A stretch of DNA of 64,000 nucleotides, taken from Eledone cirrhosa. Lineage: Eukaryota. Of this stretch, positions 1 through 16,053 are shown piece after piece. Location of the stretch: positions 20,274,001 through 20,338,000 of the forward strand of contig OZ024746.1 of assembly GCA_964016885.1 (NCBI GenBank), read 5' to 3'. The notes under the pieces were generated by a model. It saw only the letters and a list, made by a program, of their open reading frames with translations. It had not been told where the DNA came from and did no database searches. Position 1 is the first letter of the stretch; each line of letters starts with the position of its first letter. A program made the position numbers and the translations under genes.

Positions 1-924
1 TTGTTAAATTGTTGGTGTACGGAATGTATACATGTAACAAGCAGATCTAATACAGCTCTCTTAATTAAGACGTTTCTATTTCAAGTAGTGTGTTTTTCAA
101 CAATTAAGTTATCGTTACAGGCCGTTAATTACAACTGTTTTAGGGCACATTCATTAGACAAATAAATAATCTGTCAAATAAACACTGCAAAAGAGACAGA
201 AAATAACTATCGAAAATGTCTATTGTTAAATACTGAACAGATTCATTTACAAGGACATTTACAAGAATGAGTGGCTGTAATAATTTCAACTTATTTTTTT
301 TTATAAACAGTCTTGGACATTTAAAACCTTGCGAAACCCACCCCTTTTCCTGATCTGAACTGTAAATTGAAAAAAAATAATAAAGACCTTTAGCTGGTTT
401 TCAAGCCTTGTTGGGCTTCACCAGATGGTATGTACATCATCTAAAGAAAATTGTAATCGAGGGGCTTATATACTTTATTCCTTATAGTAGTATTCTGAAA
501 TGGACGTTTAATTTTCATATTATTATTAGCCCTCATGTTGGTTGTTAATTAAGATATATATTAATGGCTAACGATCAAATCGTTGAAGACATTGCAGAGA
601 GGAAAATAGTAGAGTGAGAGAAGAGTCGATCCCAGAACGACAGTTATGAATTAGATAGGCAAGTGTAAAATGTATGTCTGTGTTTATGTTACTAGGTAGG
701 TCTGTATGTTTTGTGTGTAACGTATGTATGAATGGGAAAGAAATTAAATGGAAAATATTTCATTGATGTTAAAATGTCATTTAGAGGGCCGTGGTGGTTT
801 CGATGTTTCAAAAGACGAGAGTTGCTTAGAAGAATAAAAGGAGAAAAATTAGAAATAAGCACATTACAAAGAGAGGAGAATAACGAAATTATTGAATGGA
901 TTTAAACGACAAACAACTTCATAT

Positions 925-1210
925 AGGCGAATTGGTAGAGTTGTTAGAACGTCGGACAGAATGCTTTGCGGTATTCGTTCCGGCTCTCTGAGTTCAAATG
1001 CTGTCCAGATCAACGTTGCTTTTCATCCTTTCGAGGTTGGTAAAAAAAAAAGTACCAGTCTAGTACTGAGGTCGATTATTCCTCTATATCTCTTCCTTAC
1101 ATCCATTTTCTCATCTGCCAGGCTTAAAAAAGGCCCAAGAAACGCCGTATGTCACTTCAGCGTCCATACGACCCAACAAGAGTTGCGGGACCATATCATA
1201 CCATATACGG
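925..1210 (+). mobile_element. SINE, same head with longer alternative 3' tail
   Basis: Same A/B boxes and core, tail ending GGACCATATCATA; relatives at 14115-14350, 28990-29290, 47381-47670 and 60270-60515 (minus). Confidence 0.75.
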
Positions 1211-1558
1211 ATAAACGACACAGCATAACTGAATGGTTAAGAAGTTCGCTTCGCAATCATTAGGGCCCTGGTTTGATATTACTGCGTGACATCAAGTATA
1301 TGGCTTGATCAGGTGCCATATACCATAGTCTCGTGTTGACCCATGTCTTATGAATGAAACTGGGTAGACGGAAACTGTTTGGAATATCGTCAGACGGACT
1401 GTACCTGTATAGACACACAGACACACAGACACACTAGCTGTTGAAACGACAACAGCTCAGCCGCCGGACTCTTTATATTATAACCATAATCTACTATCCC
1501 AAGTATCGAGTACTCTGTTGAGTAATGGTCTAACTAGTTTCAAACTGGTTCTATCCTG

Positions 1559-1602
<44 letters not shown>

Positions 1603-1610
1603 TATATATA

Positions 1611-1692
1611 TATAATATAAAACGAAAAATCAGTGATGCATCTGAACTCAGTTGAGTTCACATGCATCACTGATTTTTCGTTTTATATTATA
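1611..1692. repeat. 82 bp palindrome
   Basis: TATAATATAAAACGAAAAATCAGTGATGCAT.TGAACTCA gt TGAGTTCA.ATGCATCACTGATTTTTCGTTTTATATTATA. Confidence 0.92.
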
Positions 1693-1774
1693 TCACACTC
1701 TGCTCTGTAAGAACATATAGTGCTCAACCGGCATACCGCCTATGGAAGCATCTTAGCTACCATCAGACACATAC

Positions 1775-1849
<75 letters not shown>

Positions 1850-2172
1850 GGGAAAGAGTCAGGACCCCGACGGCTGAGCTCCGCCCGTTTCGACAGCTAG
1901 ACCCACTCTACTACCCTAAGTATCGAGTACTCTGGTGCATTATGGTCCACCTGGTTCCTTACCACACTTTTTTCGTTATATATATATATATTATAAGAAC
2001 AGATTAAAGTTTAAGCAAAGAATCGTTGCTTTCACCTTTAACGGGATCTCCTGAAACTGTTCTTATAATAAATATTTGCTCTACGGGTTTTTATATATAT
2101 ATATATGATCCTAATCAAACCCTCTTCGGATTTTAGTCTTCTCATTTATCATTACTATTCATATATATATAC

Positions 2173-2260
<88 letters not shown>

Positions 2261-2659
2261 ATATATATATTTATATATATAAGAGAGTATTGAAGTTTGC
2301 TTGAAGCATTGTGGAACAATAAGTAAATATCTTTAAGTCGTTTGGAAGCCTCGACAATGCAAATGGGTAAATCCCCGGGTAACAAGGCCCGGTGGTGGAG
2401 AGAGAGATGTAAGTGGGTGTACGTTGAGATGCGTGGTGTGTATAAGATGTGTGAGATGTGTAGAATGAAGGGAAGAGTATAAAGGATAAAATTAAAATAA
2501 CAACACAAGAGAGAGTTACCGTGGGAGAGATTTAATAGTCCCTATATATTTCGGATTCACATCCATCAACTGGGGGGTTTTTCCGGGGTGGGGGAAAAGG
2601 TTGTCTGTCGGACAAGTCCGGAACGCGTCTTTCGCTGTTTGTTGTTTTGAATATTATAT

Positions 2660-2998
<339 letters not shown>

Positions 2999-3071
2999 AG
3001 GAGATTCCAACCAGAATGGTTGCATTTTTTAAGGGTATGTCAATATTTATTTATAAAACTAACCTATATTA

Positions 3072-3137
3072 TATTTTATCTGATGAAAGCGCACCATAGT
3101 TTGCTCTGGTGGCCCTTGAAATATGTATAATGAAATA
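3072..3137 (+). ncRNA. Type I hammerhead ribozyme motif, family A
   Basis: TATTTTAT-CTGATGA-[AAG..CACCA..TGGTG..CTT]-GAAA-TATGTA-TA-ATGAAATA; 8 bp stem I and minimal stem III. Confidence 0.7.
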
Positions 3138-3178
3138 AATATGGTTTTATAAATATAGTTTCCAGTTGTTAATATATT

Positions 3179-6495
<3,317 letters not shown>

Positions 6496-7477
6496 TTTCT
6501 TTTATTTGCCACTAGGGCATCAAAAGTGGGACAAGTACAAAGGGGGGAGTTTACACAAAAAGGCGTCCTCAATAAGGAGGAGGCAATAACAAAATATAAA
6601 AATAAAATAAGATATAACAAAAAATAAAATTTTTAACAAAATCCTCAATAGAGAGGAGGCGCCTTGGGGGGGTCGCACACACCCCCGAAAAAAGTGTGCA
6701 ACCCTTCTCCTCAGGAGCACAGAGAAGGGGTGCTCCCTTGGTCTTTCATCTTCCTCACCTATAGTCTGATGTAGAGTGAAGGCCCATTCACACGGGCCAT
6801 TCTCGCCACTTTCACCCATCTTTCATAGAAACGGCTGGGGTGCAACACCTCTCTCTCCATCCTGATCCTTCTTCCGAAATGATATCGGAAGAAACGGACC
6901 AGTTGTTGGCCAGAGAGAAAGGTGCCTGACCTCAGTCCTTTCAGACGCGTCCACCATACAACCTCTTTCGCCATGGCTATTACGCACAGAAACACCGCCT
7001 CTGCTTCATCTTTGAAGGAGGGAGGCGGCTTGATCATTACAATAGACTCGGTGGTTAACCGGATCGGTCCCACCCTTGACAGCAGTTGTTCGACATAGCC
7101 CCACAGATCGGCTACGCCCGAGCAGTGTACCAATGCGTGTGCAACGGTTTCCTCGTCGCACACGCATCTGGGACAGATCTTTTTGGCGGGGTCCCTACCC
7201 GGGCGCCCGTGTCTGTAGAGCCTTTCTCGAACGGGTAAAGCCCCTCGGTAGCACTGCCAGGCCAGGGACTTCTGGAAGTTGTCCATAGGTCCCGGGCTGA
7301 ATGTCCTACCGAACAGGCTGGCCAGTTCGTCCTCCTCCATGTCTAGGGCTTCTCCGAGGGCGTCGTCGCACCTGCTGCGTACCAGCCCTCTATAGAATGT
7401 TGCGGTGGAGTCTCCACTGATAACCGGATCCGCCTGCCAGAGGGCTGTGAGCGCCTGGGCACACTCAGTGTGCCAGC
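6496..7477 (-). mobile_element. 5'-truncated Tx1/L1-clade LINE (end of ORF2 with zf-RVT, plus 3' UTR)
   Basis: Open frame to stop at 6759 with [13 protein letters not shown]...[18 protein letters not shown] (CCHC zf-RVT); AATAAA at the 3' end; (TA)n on both sides. Confidence 0.85.
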
Positions 7478-7532
7478 ATATGTATATATATATATATGTA
7501 TATATATATGTATATATATATATATATGTATA

Positions 7533-7619
<87 letters not shown>

Positions 7620-7731
7620 GTATATATATATATATATATATAAATATATGTATATATATATATATATATATACATATATGTATATATATATATATATATA
7701 TACATATATTTATATATATATATATATATAC

Positions 7732-7806
<75 letters not shown>

Positions 7807-7882
7807 TATACATATATATATATATATACATATATATATACATATATATATATATACATATATATATACATATATATATACG

Positions 7883-7940
<58 letters not shown>

Positions 7941-8141
7941 CATATATATACATATATATATATGTAATAATTATATATACATATATATACATATATATAC
8001 ATATATATACATATATATACATATATACATATATATATACATATATATACATATATATATACATATATATACATATATATATACATATATATATACATAT
8101 ATATACATATATATATACATATATATATATATACATATATA
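7478..8141. repeat. (TA)n microsatellite between the two LINEs
   Basis: Directly visible. Confidence 0.97.
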
Positions 8142-10932
8142 GTGAAAAATTTCAAAGCCATCCGTGCTGATCGCGCTGGCAGAAGAAAGGGCGGAACTGC
8201 CATTTATGTCCATAATTCTTTCTCAACAGAGGCTATGAACATATTCACTAATGGATACTGTGAGGCAGTCACTGTATTCAGTCAAACCAACAACCTATTA
8301 GTAGTTGGGCTCTATAGGCCACCCCAAACGCCTGTACCATGCTTCAAGGAATGCCTCAACAGCATAAAGTGTTTCATCCAAGAGTGTCACCCTGACAACA
8401 TCTTAATGATGGGGGACTTCAACCTCCCCGGAGTTGACTGGTCCACAAACACCCTGCCACCAGGTTCTTCTGCCTCAACCTCTGACAGGGAAGCTGTGGA
8501 ATCGCTTCTTGACTTCATGGATGATTTCTTCCTATCCCAACTAGTGCTCGAACCAACGAGGTGCCACAAAAACGTCCTAGACTTAATTTTCAGCAATCAC
8601 ACTGACAATATCCACAATATTGCAGTGGAGAAAACTCTACTCTCTGATCATGACATGGTTCTCTGTGATCTGAGATTCCACCGTCCAATATACAAACCCA
8701 ATGTCATCTCTCCTGTCCATCCGTTTGACGCTATGGATTTCCACAATGCAAACTGGGAAGCGATCAGTCATGATCTTGCACATGTCGACTGGTCCTTCAC
8801 GCACACTCATACACCCACTAACATCAAAAAGTCCTGGCAGACATTTGTGGACACTGTTACAAACATATGTGCTAAACACACCCCATTAAGAACTATAAAC
8901 AAATCTAAGAGCAGAATCCCTAGAAATAGAAAAACGCTCATCAGAAAAATTAAGAGAACGAACAAAAAAAATCAACAAGCTGAAATACTGTCAGCAGCAA
9001 CACATCAACTTGACTGCCATTTCATCACTAGAGATTAAAAAACATAACCTCCAAAACAACATAATGTCCCTCATCAACAATCAGAGAAGAGCTGAAGAGG
9101 CCTGGGCCATTGAGAAGATCAAACTCAATCCCAAAGTGTTCTTTTCATTTGCAAAAAAACACAAAATCACTGGCTCTACTGTTGGCCCTCTAATTGATGA
9201 AAATGACACTCTTCAAGACAATGCTAAAACCATGGGTGAGATACTGCAGAAACAATACTGCTCTGTTTTCAGCAATCCTGATATGGCCGATCTGGGCTGT
9301 ATCGGCGATGTTACTCCCCATTACACCTTATCGGACATAACGTTTGGCGCCCCTGATGTCTTGGCGGCAATAAAGGAAATCAAGCATAATTCAGCAGTAG
9401 GTCCCGATAGGTTCCCTGCTTGTGTCTTGAAGGCGTGTCAACACCAACTTGCTTCTCCTCTTGCCAATCTGTGGCGGAACTCACTGGATGCTGGATATGT
9501 GCCAGAAAACCTTCTATCCCAGTCTGTTGTCCCAGTTTTCAAAAAGGGAAACAAATCCCTTGCCGTGAATTACCGTCCAATCTCACTCACCTCTCATATC
9601 ATTAAGGTATTTGAGCGAGTGGTGAGATCGCGAATGACCCACTTCCTTGAGAGTAACAATATGCTGAACTCCAACCAGCATGGATTCCGTAATGGAAGGG
9701 ATTGCCTGACGCAACTACTGCATCACTTTGATGACATTTTGAGAGCCTTGGGAGAGGGTTCCAACACTGATGTTATCTACCTTGATTTCAGCAAGGCCTT
9801 TGACAGGGTTGATCATAACATTCTACTGAGAAAGCTGTCCAATATTGGTGTCACTGGAAAGCTGCTGCAGTGGATCAAGAGCTTCCTGTCAAACAGAACC
9901 CAACATGTTGTAGTTGAGGGAGTCAAATCAAGCCCAGCCAAAGTCAGTAGTGGAGTCCCACAAGGCACTGTGTTGGGCCCACTTCTCTTCATCATCTATA
10001 TTAATGACATCACTGACATCATCAAACACAGCAACATTAAAATTTTCGCTGATGATTCCAAGCTCCAAAAGGTCATCAATGGCGTGGATGACCGGATAAG
10101 CCTTCAGTCAGACCTACTGGCTGTTACCCAATGGGCAGAAAAGAACAACATGTTACTGAACGAAGACAAATTCGAACTGATCCACTTTGGAAAAGAGGAT
10201 GCTCTGAAACTCCCGTACTCCCTTCCCTCCGGGGAAACTCTCGTGGCATCTAACAACATCAGAGACTTGGGAGTAACCGTGGACAGCAACATAAGCTGGA
10301 CCACGCATATAAGCAGCAAAGTTGACATGGCCCGCAGAATGTGTTCCTGGATCCTCAGAACCTTCCAGTCGAGAGATTCCCGCACCATTATCCTTCTCTT
10401 CTCTACTTTCGCCCGACCACACCTTGAATACTGTTGTCCACTGTGGTCTCCCCACACGAAACAAAGTATCATGAAACTTGAAGCTCCTCAAAGGGCAATC
10501 ACGAAAAAGATAGATGGCATGTCAGACCTTGACTACTGGGGTCGATTGGAAAACCTGAAACTTTACTCACTCCAACGTCGCCGTGAGCGTTATATTATCT
10601 GCATGATGTGGAAAATGTTCCATCATCACTGCCCAAATGATGTTGGCATCGCCTTCAAGATACACCCAAGGCTTGGGCCCCGTGCTATCCGTCCCATTCA
10701 AAAATCTAAATCGCAACTCATAACAACAATACGGCACAATTATTTCACCTCAATCGGCCCTGCTCTCTTCAACATCACACCAGGACACGTCAAAACAGAA
10801 ACTGACCACACAAAATTCAAGAAGTCTTTGGACAAATTCCTCCAAGTAATCCCGGACAAACCACCCACACCCGGATATGTCTCCGCAAACAGTAATTCTC
10901 TTCTCGAATGGGCCATGGTGCCCAAATCCTGA
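8142..10932 (+). CDS. LINE ORF2 endonuclease-reverse transcriptase, split by one frameshift at the A8 run 8964-8971
   Basis: ORFs 8142-9038 and 9010-10932 join into one frame ([22 protein letters not shown]) if one A is removed. Confidence 0.85.
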
Positions 10933-11018
10933 ATTGAAAGACTTCGCCAGGTGGTGCTATTAAGTTAGACATGGCCTGGGCCAATACTGGCCAAAACATT
11001 TCAAAGTTATTCAAAGTT
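8142..11018 (+). mobile_element. CR1-group (Crack/Daphne/L2-like) LINE, 5'-truncated inside the endonuclease
   Basis: APE motifs (GGTAIYV, LYRPP, MGDFN, LDLIF, SDH) and RT motifs ([39 protein letters not shown]); short 3' UTR ending (TTCAAAGTTA)x2. Confidence 0.93.
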
Positions 11019-11196
11019 ATATACATATATATATACATATATATATATATATACATACATATATATATACATATATATATACATATACATATATATACAC
11101 ATATACATATATATACATATATATATACATATATATACATATATATATACATATATATACATATATATACATATATATACATATATATATATATAT

Positions 11197-11289
<93 letters not shown>

Positions 11290-11304
11290 CATATATATAT
11301 ATAC

Positions 11305-11367
<63 letters not shown>

Positions 11368-11408
11368 TATACATATATATATACATATATATATACATAT
11401 ATATATAC

Positions 11409-11471
<63 letters not shown>

Positions 11472-11542
11472 CATATATATGTATATATATACATATATAT
11501 GTATATATATACATATATATATATATACATATATATATATAC

Positions 11543-11573
<31 letters not shown>

Positions 11574-11576
11574 TAC

Positions 11577-11619
<43 letters not shown>

Positions 11620-11628
11620 TATGTATAC

Positions 11629-11659
<31 letters not shown>

Positions 11660-11660
11660 T
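11018..11660. repeat. (TA)n microsatellite 3' of the CR1-group LINE
   Basis: Directly visible. Confidence 0.97.
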
Positions 11661-12165
11661 GGACATTCACGTCGTTTCTTCATGGATGAGGGTTCAACAG
11701 CCTTAGTTCAATTTTTTATGGCTATGTCTCAAATGACACTTCAGTCCAGCTGCTGATATACATATCAAGCCGCATTTAATGCAGATGACAGCATTTTGAG
11801 CGGAGAAGGAAGACCGGTTTGATCGGATCTTTGTGTTAGATCTTAGATCACGGAGATGAACCAGATGAGACTTTTGAAAGTTATTTATACCTTCAAGACA
11901 GGCAGTTCTCCGTTTTCCAGTTAGGGATTCAAAAGAAGTTTGAGGTATGTTCACAGATATAAGATTTTACTTCAGTTTTGTCTTTATATCTGAGTAATGG
12001 TTTGCATATATTACGTGCACCATTATGAAGTTGACTGTATAATGGAGTAGCTTGAGTGAGCGGTCTTCAGTCATCCATAAGACACGATCAGCCCATCTAA
12101 GTTGTGATTGTATCAGAAATAACTTAATACCACCTATGTTTCACCTCGTGAACAGATCAGCATTG
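11661..12165 (-). mobile_element. RTE-clade LINE 3' relic
   Basis: QLRWADRVLWMTEDRSLK...[20 protein letters not shown] (C2H2-like tail). Confidence 0.7.
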
Positions 12166-12507
12166 GAGACTGTCAGAAAGTGCATGGCCACAGATAGACA
12201 GATAAATCGAATGATCGTAAATTTCATACGACCGGGCGAGATTTGACTGGTATGTCAGTTTGCTTTTTTTCTTTTTGTTTAATTCATGACAACCACTCAG
12301 TAGAGGATATTTACGCCTGCTAATTTTATAGGGAAAAAAAAGGGGGGGGGGAGAAAAGACAGGTATTTAGAAAATTAGTAGTGTCTGTTACTTATTAGAT
12401 ACCTCTGATCTGATAACTGATTGCATACTTGATGATAAGTTCACAAATGTGTGACTAATGTCGTCATCGGAGTTACCTTCTTGTGAATCATGTTGAATAT
12501 ATATATT

Positions 12508-12540
<33 letters not shown>

Positions 12541-12873
12541 AATTTTATATATATATAATTTTATATATATATAATTATATATATATGTAATTATATATAT
12601 ATGTAATTATATTAAATGTATATATTGAGTTAGGAACTCAAAATAGTCTCTTACAACAAAATAGCTCTAAGAAAGAGGTATTTCTGAGCCGTATATTATA
12701 ATAGAATATAAAAGAAAAGCGAACACAGATATATAGATATATGTGTTCAAATCGTAAGGGACCTGATTCGCTAAGGTGAAAAGAATACTATCTATAGACA
12801 ATTGGGTTCGCTTGTCTCAATTTAAGAAAAAAATTAAGAAAATAAATACAAACCGGAATTGTGGTAACTACCA

Positions 12874-12951
12874 ATCACCCAGACAACTTGTTGTTGTTTC
12901 GCAGAGTTAATTGTGAATAGAAATACGAATCCAAACTCATCAGTGGGTGAT
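12874..12951 (-). ncRNA. Hammerhead motif, family C (full stem III)
   Basis: ATCACCCA-CTGATGA-G..C-GAAA-CAAC aacaa GTTG-TC-TGGGTGAT; perfect 8 bp stem I and GUC triplet; stem II weak. Confidence 0.72.
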
Positions 12952-12970
12952 AAATTAGTATCCTAGACAC

Positions 12971-13255
12971 ATCTATGTTTGTTATATATAAACAATAAAA
13001 CAGCGCACATGGCATCCTAGCGAATCTCACAAACCCACACCACTAAAAATAGCAGCCAGGTTTACTCTACATTTGAAATAGCTCAACAAATTAACGGAGT
13101 CGAATATATACATTTAATATATTCGGCTCCGTTAATTTGTTGAGCTATTTCAAATGTCGAGTAAATCTGGCTGCTATTTTTAGTGGTGTGGGTTTGTGAG
13201 ACTCGCTATGATGCCATGTACGCTGTTTTATTGTTTATATATAGCATACATAGAT
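12971..13255. repeat. ~285 bp imperfect palindrome
   Basis: Arms of ~135 bp centred near 13112. Confidence 0.92.
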
Positions 13256-13429
13256 ATGTAATTATATATATATATTTGTAATCATATATATACATATATA
13301 TATTTATATATACACACACGCACACACACATATCTTGTAGTAACCACTTACAGCTTGGATAGCGAACTTCCAGAAATAGCTTTCAACAAAACAACAAAAA
13401 CTTGTTGGCAAAGATTAAGTTCTCAATCG

Positions 13430-13446
13430 ATTTGTTGTTGTTGTGT

Positions 13447-13483
<37 letters not shown>

Positions 13484-13815
13484 CAGCAGCAGCAGCTTCT
13501 ATTTCAGGCTGTAGAAATGGACTTTCGTGTTATTTATTATTATATGGTTTGTTGGGGCTGTTTCCATAACCTGTCACCGTTACATCGATGATGATGATGA
13601 TGGTGATGATGATGATGGTGATGATGATGGTGATGATGATGATGAAGGAGGGGGGGTGAGGAGGCGCAATAGGAGGAGTGGAAGAGGTGGGATAGCGAGA
13701 AGGGGGTAAAGGAGAAAAGTGGGGGGTGAGAAGGGGAGGGTAATAGAGGGGAGGAGTGACGCGATGGGGGGGGGGGGGATAATAATAATAAGAAGAAGAA
13801 GAAGAAGAAGGAAGG
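13430..13815. repeat. Compound trinucleotide / purine-rich repeats
   Basis: (GTT)n, (GTA)n, (GCA)n, (GAT)n, G-runs, (GAA)n. Confidence 0.9.
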
Positions 13816-14439
13816 AGTGGAGGCAGAAGGAAGATGGTAGTGGTGTGGTGTTGTCGTGGTGGAGGCTAACGAAGGTATTATCAGAAATATAAGTTAACTT
13901 TTGGCAATTGGTGCTTTATGAAGAAACGATAATAAAACAACTAAATATATAAAGAGGCCAATTGAACACATCTTTTTTTTGTTCTATATAAAATGACCTT
14001 AGAGTTTATAGAATTAAAACTGTAATTCCATAAAAATCCTTTCAAAATAAATACTCCCAACGGCATGTACGTAGGTGTATATGTATTACTCTATTTATTT
14101 CTGTAGATACACATTGGCAGAGTCGTTAGAACGCCAGATAGAATGCTTTGCAGTATTTATTCTGGCTCTCTGCTCTGCGAGTTCAAATCCCGGTTCAAAT
14201 TACCAGTCAAGAACTAGAATCGATTCTTTCCCACTTACATTCCCTCACTCTCTCTCTCTATAGACGCCACCAGGTTTTTAAAATACCTTAGAAATGTCGT
14301 ATTTGCATACGACATCACTACGACTCCTTCGGGAGCTTCGGGACCATATATCATATATAGGCAACCAAACAAAAGCAACAAGAAAAAAACGGAATTTGGC
14401 TGTTCTGATCATTCGTATATATATATATTTTTTTTTTTT

Positions 14440-14502
<63 letters not shown>

Positions 14503-14507
<5 letters not shown>

Positions 14508-14697
14508 AAAAAAAGGAAAAGAATGACTCCACTTGTAGTGTTAAGAAATTTATGATTTAATGTTATAATATAATATTATAACATTATCAGTTGGTAGATC
14601 CAGTCTACCAACTCATAATATTATATTATATTATAACATTAAATCACAAATTTTTTAACACTACAAGGGAAGTCATTCTTTTCCTTTTTTTCATATA
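14503..14697. repeat. ~195 bp imperfect palindrome
   Basis: Centre AGTTGGTAGA tccag TCTACCAACT; 14503-14910 partly repeated directly at 15710-15990. Confidence 0.88.
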
Positions 14698-14728
14698 TAC
14701 CTAACTGTACCAAGGATCTCACACATTT

Positions 14729-14793
<65 letters not shown>

Positions 14794-14920
14794 AAAGTTT
14801 TATTTAAAATTGTTGGGTTACAACAAGTAAATATTTTATAACTGATATAAAGCACTCGACAAGTTTTGGAGTAGATATACGATATTAAACAAATGGAAAC
14901 TATATTTATAAAACCATATT

Positions 14921-14986
14921 TATTTCATTATACATATTTCGAGGATACCATATTAAAAATATGGCATGCCTTCTTCAGATAAAATA
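14921..14986 (-). ncRNA. Hammerhead motif, family A (left arm of palindrome)
   Basis: Mirror copy of 15112-15177. Confidence 0.65.
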
Positions 14987-15111
14987 CAATATATAAACAG
15001 TTTTATAAATAATTTTGACGTACCATTTTGACTACCAAACCAGCTTCCTACATAACGGTTGCTCAATATTTATGGTACGTCAAAATTATTTATAAAACTG
15101 TTTATATATTG

Positions 15112-15177
15112 TATTTTATCTGAAGAAGGCATGCCATATTTTTAATATGGTATCCCCGAAATATGTATAATGAAATA
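15112..15177 (+). ncRNA. Hammerhead motif, family A
   Basis: TATTTTAT-CTGAAGA-[ATGCCATATT/AATATGGTAT stem II]-GAAA-TATGTA-TA-ATGAAATA. Confidence 0.68.
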
Positions 15178-15217
15178 AATATGGTTTTATAAATATAGTT
15201 TCCATTTGTTTAATATC

Positions 15218-15252
<35 letters not shown>

Positions 15253-15256
<4 letters not shown>

Positions 15257-15361
15257 AACCAGTAAGACCCCGACAGCTGAGCTCAAGCCGTTTCGACGGC
15301 TAATTCAGAATTAGCCGTCGAAACGGCTTGAGCTCAGCTGTCGAGGTCTTACTGGTTCCTA
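15253..15361. repeat. Near-perfect 109 bp palindrome
   Basis: TAGGAACCAGTAAGACC...GACGGCTAATT cag AATTAGCCGTC...GGTCTTACTGGTTCCTA; family also at 1435-1555 and 1850-1980. Confidence 0.92.
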
Positions 15362-15492
15362 TTACCCACTCTACTACCTCAAGTATTGAGTACTTTGGTG
15401 CGTTATGGTCCACCTGGTTCCTTACCACATTTCCTTCGTTATATATATATAATAAAACAAGGACGAGTGGTTACTCCTTCGTTACATTTATG

Positions 15493-15582
15493 TTGGTGAC
15501 GCGCGTTTCGCCACCAATCAGCTCAAGGTTCGATCTGTATCGATCTAGCCCGACTCTGTAATCCACGGCTCATCAGACACCT
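15493..15582 (-). ncRNA. Hammerhead-like motif with long stem II
   Basis: CTGATGA-GCC..GGC-GAAA-CGCGCG-TC; palindromic stem III; stem I poor. Confidence 0.55.
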
Positions 15583-15650
15583 CGACACAGAAGAGAACCT
15601 AAACATCGGGTGAACATACAGTAGCTCCACGTTACACTCCTTGGATATTT

Positions 15651-15694
<44 letters not shown>

Positions 15695-15796
15695 ATATAT
15701 ATATATATATATTTGAAAAAAATGAAAAGAATGACTTCACTTGTAGTTCTAAACAATTTTTAAATATACCACATGTTCCAAGGATTTCACACATTT

Positions 15797-15858
<62 letters not shown>

Positions 15859-15992
15859 AAAGGGGATATTTAATTTGTTGGTAATTCAACAAATATATAT
15901 GTTTATAACTGATTCGAAGCACTCGACAAGTTTTCTGGAGTATAATATCAATGATATTAAATAAATGGAAACTATATTTATAAAACCATATT

Positions 15993-16053
15993 TATTCTAT
16001 TATATATATTTCAAGGGTACCAAAACTTTGGTACGCTTTCATCAGATAAAATA
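15993..16053 (-). ncRNA. Hammerhead motif, family A
   Basis: TATTTTAT-CTGATGA-AAGCGTACCAAAGTTTTGGTACCCTT-GAAA-TATATA-TA-ATAGAATA. Confidence 0.75.

Larger units (their letters stand above)
14877..15222. repeat. Palindrome, ~150 bp arms, ~45 bp spacer
   Basis: Near-perfect inverted repeat of the family A hammerhead repeat. Confidence 0.92.

Noticed and set aside
9420-10925. Short alternative-frame and antisense ORFs
   Set aside because: Shadows of the LINE ORF2
12395-12800. Additional hammerheads (CCGATGA minus near 12468; ACCT..AGGT GAAA near 12770); similar at 56720 and 58767
   Set aside because: Cores too degenerate to support
13527-13709. Signal-peptide-like acidic ORF
   Set aside because: Non-ATG start and composed of GAT/GGA simple repeats
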